Virus record (IMG/VR): IMGVR_UViG_3300020474_002475
Span: 32,001 to 96,000 of that record
Direction: 5' to 3' (one strand)
From: a virus
DNA length: 64,000 nt
Position numbers and translations under genes: made by a program. The stretch's first letter is position 1; each line of letters opens with the position of its first letter. This document shows positions 63,481 to 64,000 of this stretch, piece by piece. Below the pieces are notes generated by a model. That model was not told where the DNA came from. It ran no database searches and saw nothing but the letters and a program-made list of their open reading frames with translations.

Positions 63481-63999
63481 CTAAAACAACCCATCTCCAT
63501 CAGGGCCAACAGAAACAGCTGTAGGAGCATCATTAGATTGTGTCGCATAAGTATAATAATCTGTACCATTATAGTATGCAGATTTTACCCATTCGTCTTC
63601 ATCTGGTAAGTAATAATCTGAATTAGCATTTGTGCTAAATGTGCCAGTAACTGCGCCATTCAGTGTATATGCCCCATTTTCTGTTGTAGTAAGGTCTTGA
63701 GATCCTGTGGGTGCTCCATTATCTAGCCAGTTACAATATCTTGCAGCACTATGCCAACTTATATAATTAACAGGATTATTGAATTTGTCTGGTCTACAAA
63801 CATAAGTATAAGAACCTGAAGAACCGAATCTTAATATGCCACCAGTTGTCTGACCGGCCATATTGGTATTATATAATGCGTAGGTGTCTGTACTAGCAAT
63901 ACTGTTTAAAAAGTCTACATATTGTGAATTTGTAATTAAGAATTTAGAAATCATATAAAGATAATCTATTCGACCAATTCCACTAGAATGATTAGCGTT
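63481..63999 (-). CDS. C-terminal part of a protein ending in an FGE-domain N-half, 5' truncated by window edge
   Basis: Frame open to the window end (NANHSSGIGRIDYLYMISKF); ITNSQYVDFLN, PVNYISWHSAARYCNW, LPDEDEWVKSAYY, YATQSN, then stop before the GxYDxxGNVxEW half. Confidence 0.8.
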   Translation of the reverse strand, partial: NANHSSGIGRIDYLYMISKFLITNSQYVDFLNSIASTDTYALYNTNMAGQTTGGILRFGSSGSYTYVCRPDKFNNPVNYISWHSAARYCNWLDNGAPTGSQDLTTTENGAYTLNGAVTGTFSTNANSDYYLPDEDEWVKSAYYNGTDYYTYATQSNDAPTAVSVGPDGDGLF

Positions 64000-64000
64000 C

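Larger units (their letters stand above)
1..64000. mobile_element. Segment of a large tailed dsDNA bacteriophage genome
   Basis: Dense overlapping ORFs, many hypotheticals, phage-type gene set (PhoH, class II RNR, dNMP kinase, dCMP deaminase, RecA, DnaB, DnaG, DnaE, SSB), 2000+ aa structural-type proteins on the opposite strand, no ribosomal or housekeeping operons. Confidence 0.92.

Noticed and set aside
1-64000. Alternative genetic code (stop-codon reassignment)
   Set aside because: Coding density is near complete under the standard bacterial code, and TAA, TAG and TGA all end genes at sensible, often overlapping, boundaries
1-64000. tRNA or rRNA genes
   Set aside because: No intergenic gap with cloverleaf or T-loop signatures was seen; gaps are few and short

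Overview
The whole window reads as a segment of a large, AT-rich (roughly 30% GC by eye), tailed dsDNA phage genome. It uses the standard bacterial code, has densely packed and often overlapping genes, and shows no tRNA, rRNA, CRISPR array or integrase that I could see. Plus strand, 1-44049: a ClpP-like protease and an apparently inactive DeoC homolog; small structural or appendage genes; a membrane-protein cassette with a ComEA-type HhH fusion and a papain-like peptidase; a sugar-modification island (RmlB, RmlC, glycosyltransferases, Stf0-like sulfotransferase, methyltransferases); nucleotide metabolism (dCMP deaminase, class II RNR, PhoH, dNMP kinase); a host-like replisome (RecA, DnaB, DnaG, Cas4/AddB-like nuclease, split DnaE with DnaQ between the halves, SSB); and a second glycosyltransferase cluster of mostly eroded enzymes. 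Minus strand, 44056-64000: very large virion or tail-type proteins, including FGE/sulfatase-modifying-factor (C-type lectin fold) proteins. The most notable points are: (1) an intein-free two-gene DnaE; (2) two replication genes that must start at non-canonical ATA/ATT codons after an identical GAGGTG site; (3) an FGE domain cut into complementary halves in permuted order and across genes; (4) a membrane/ComEA/papain cassette that may be a non-classical lysis or envelope module; (5) repeated catalytically dead enzymes kept as full-length ORFs; (6) a recurring intergenic GTGTAT motif, a likely phage promoter. A Planctomycetota/PVC host is suggested but is inference only. All family calls come from motif recognition by eye, with no database searches.
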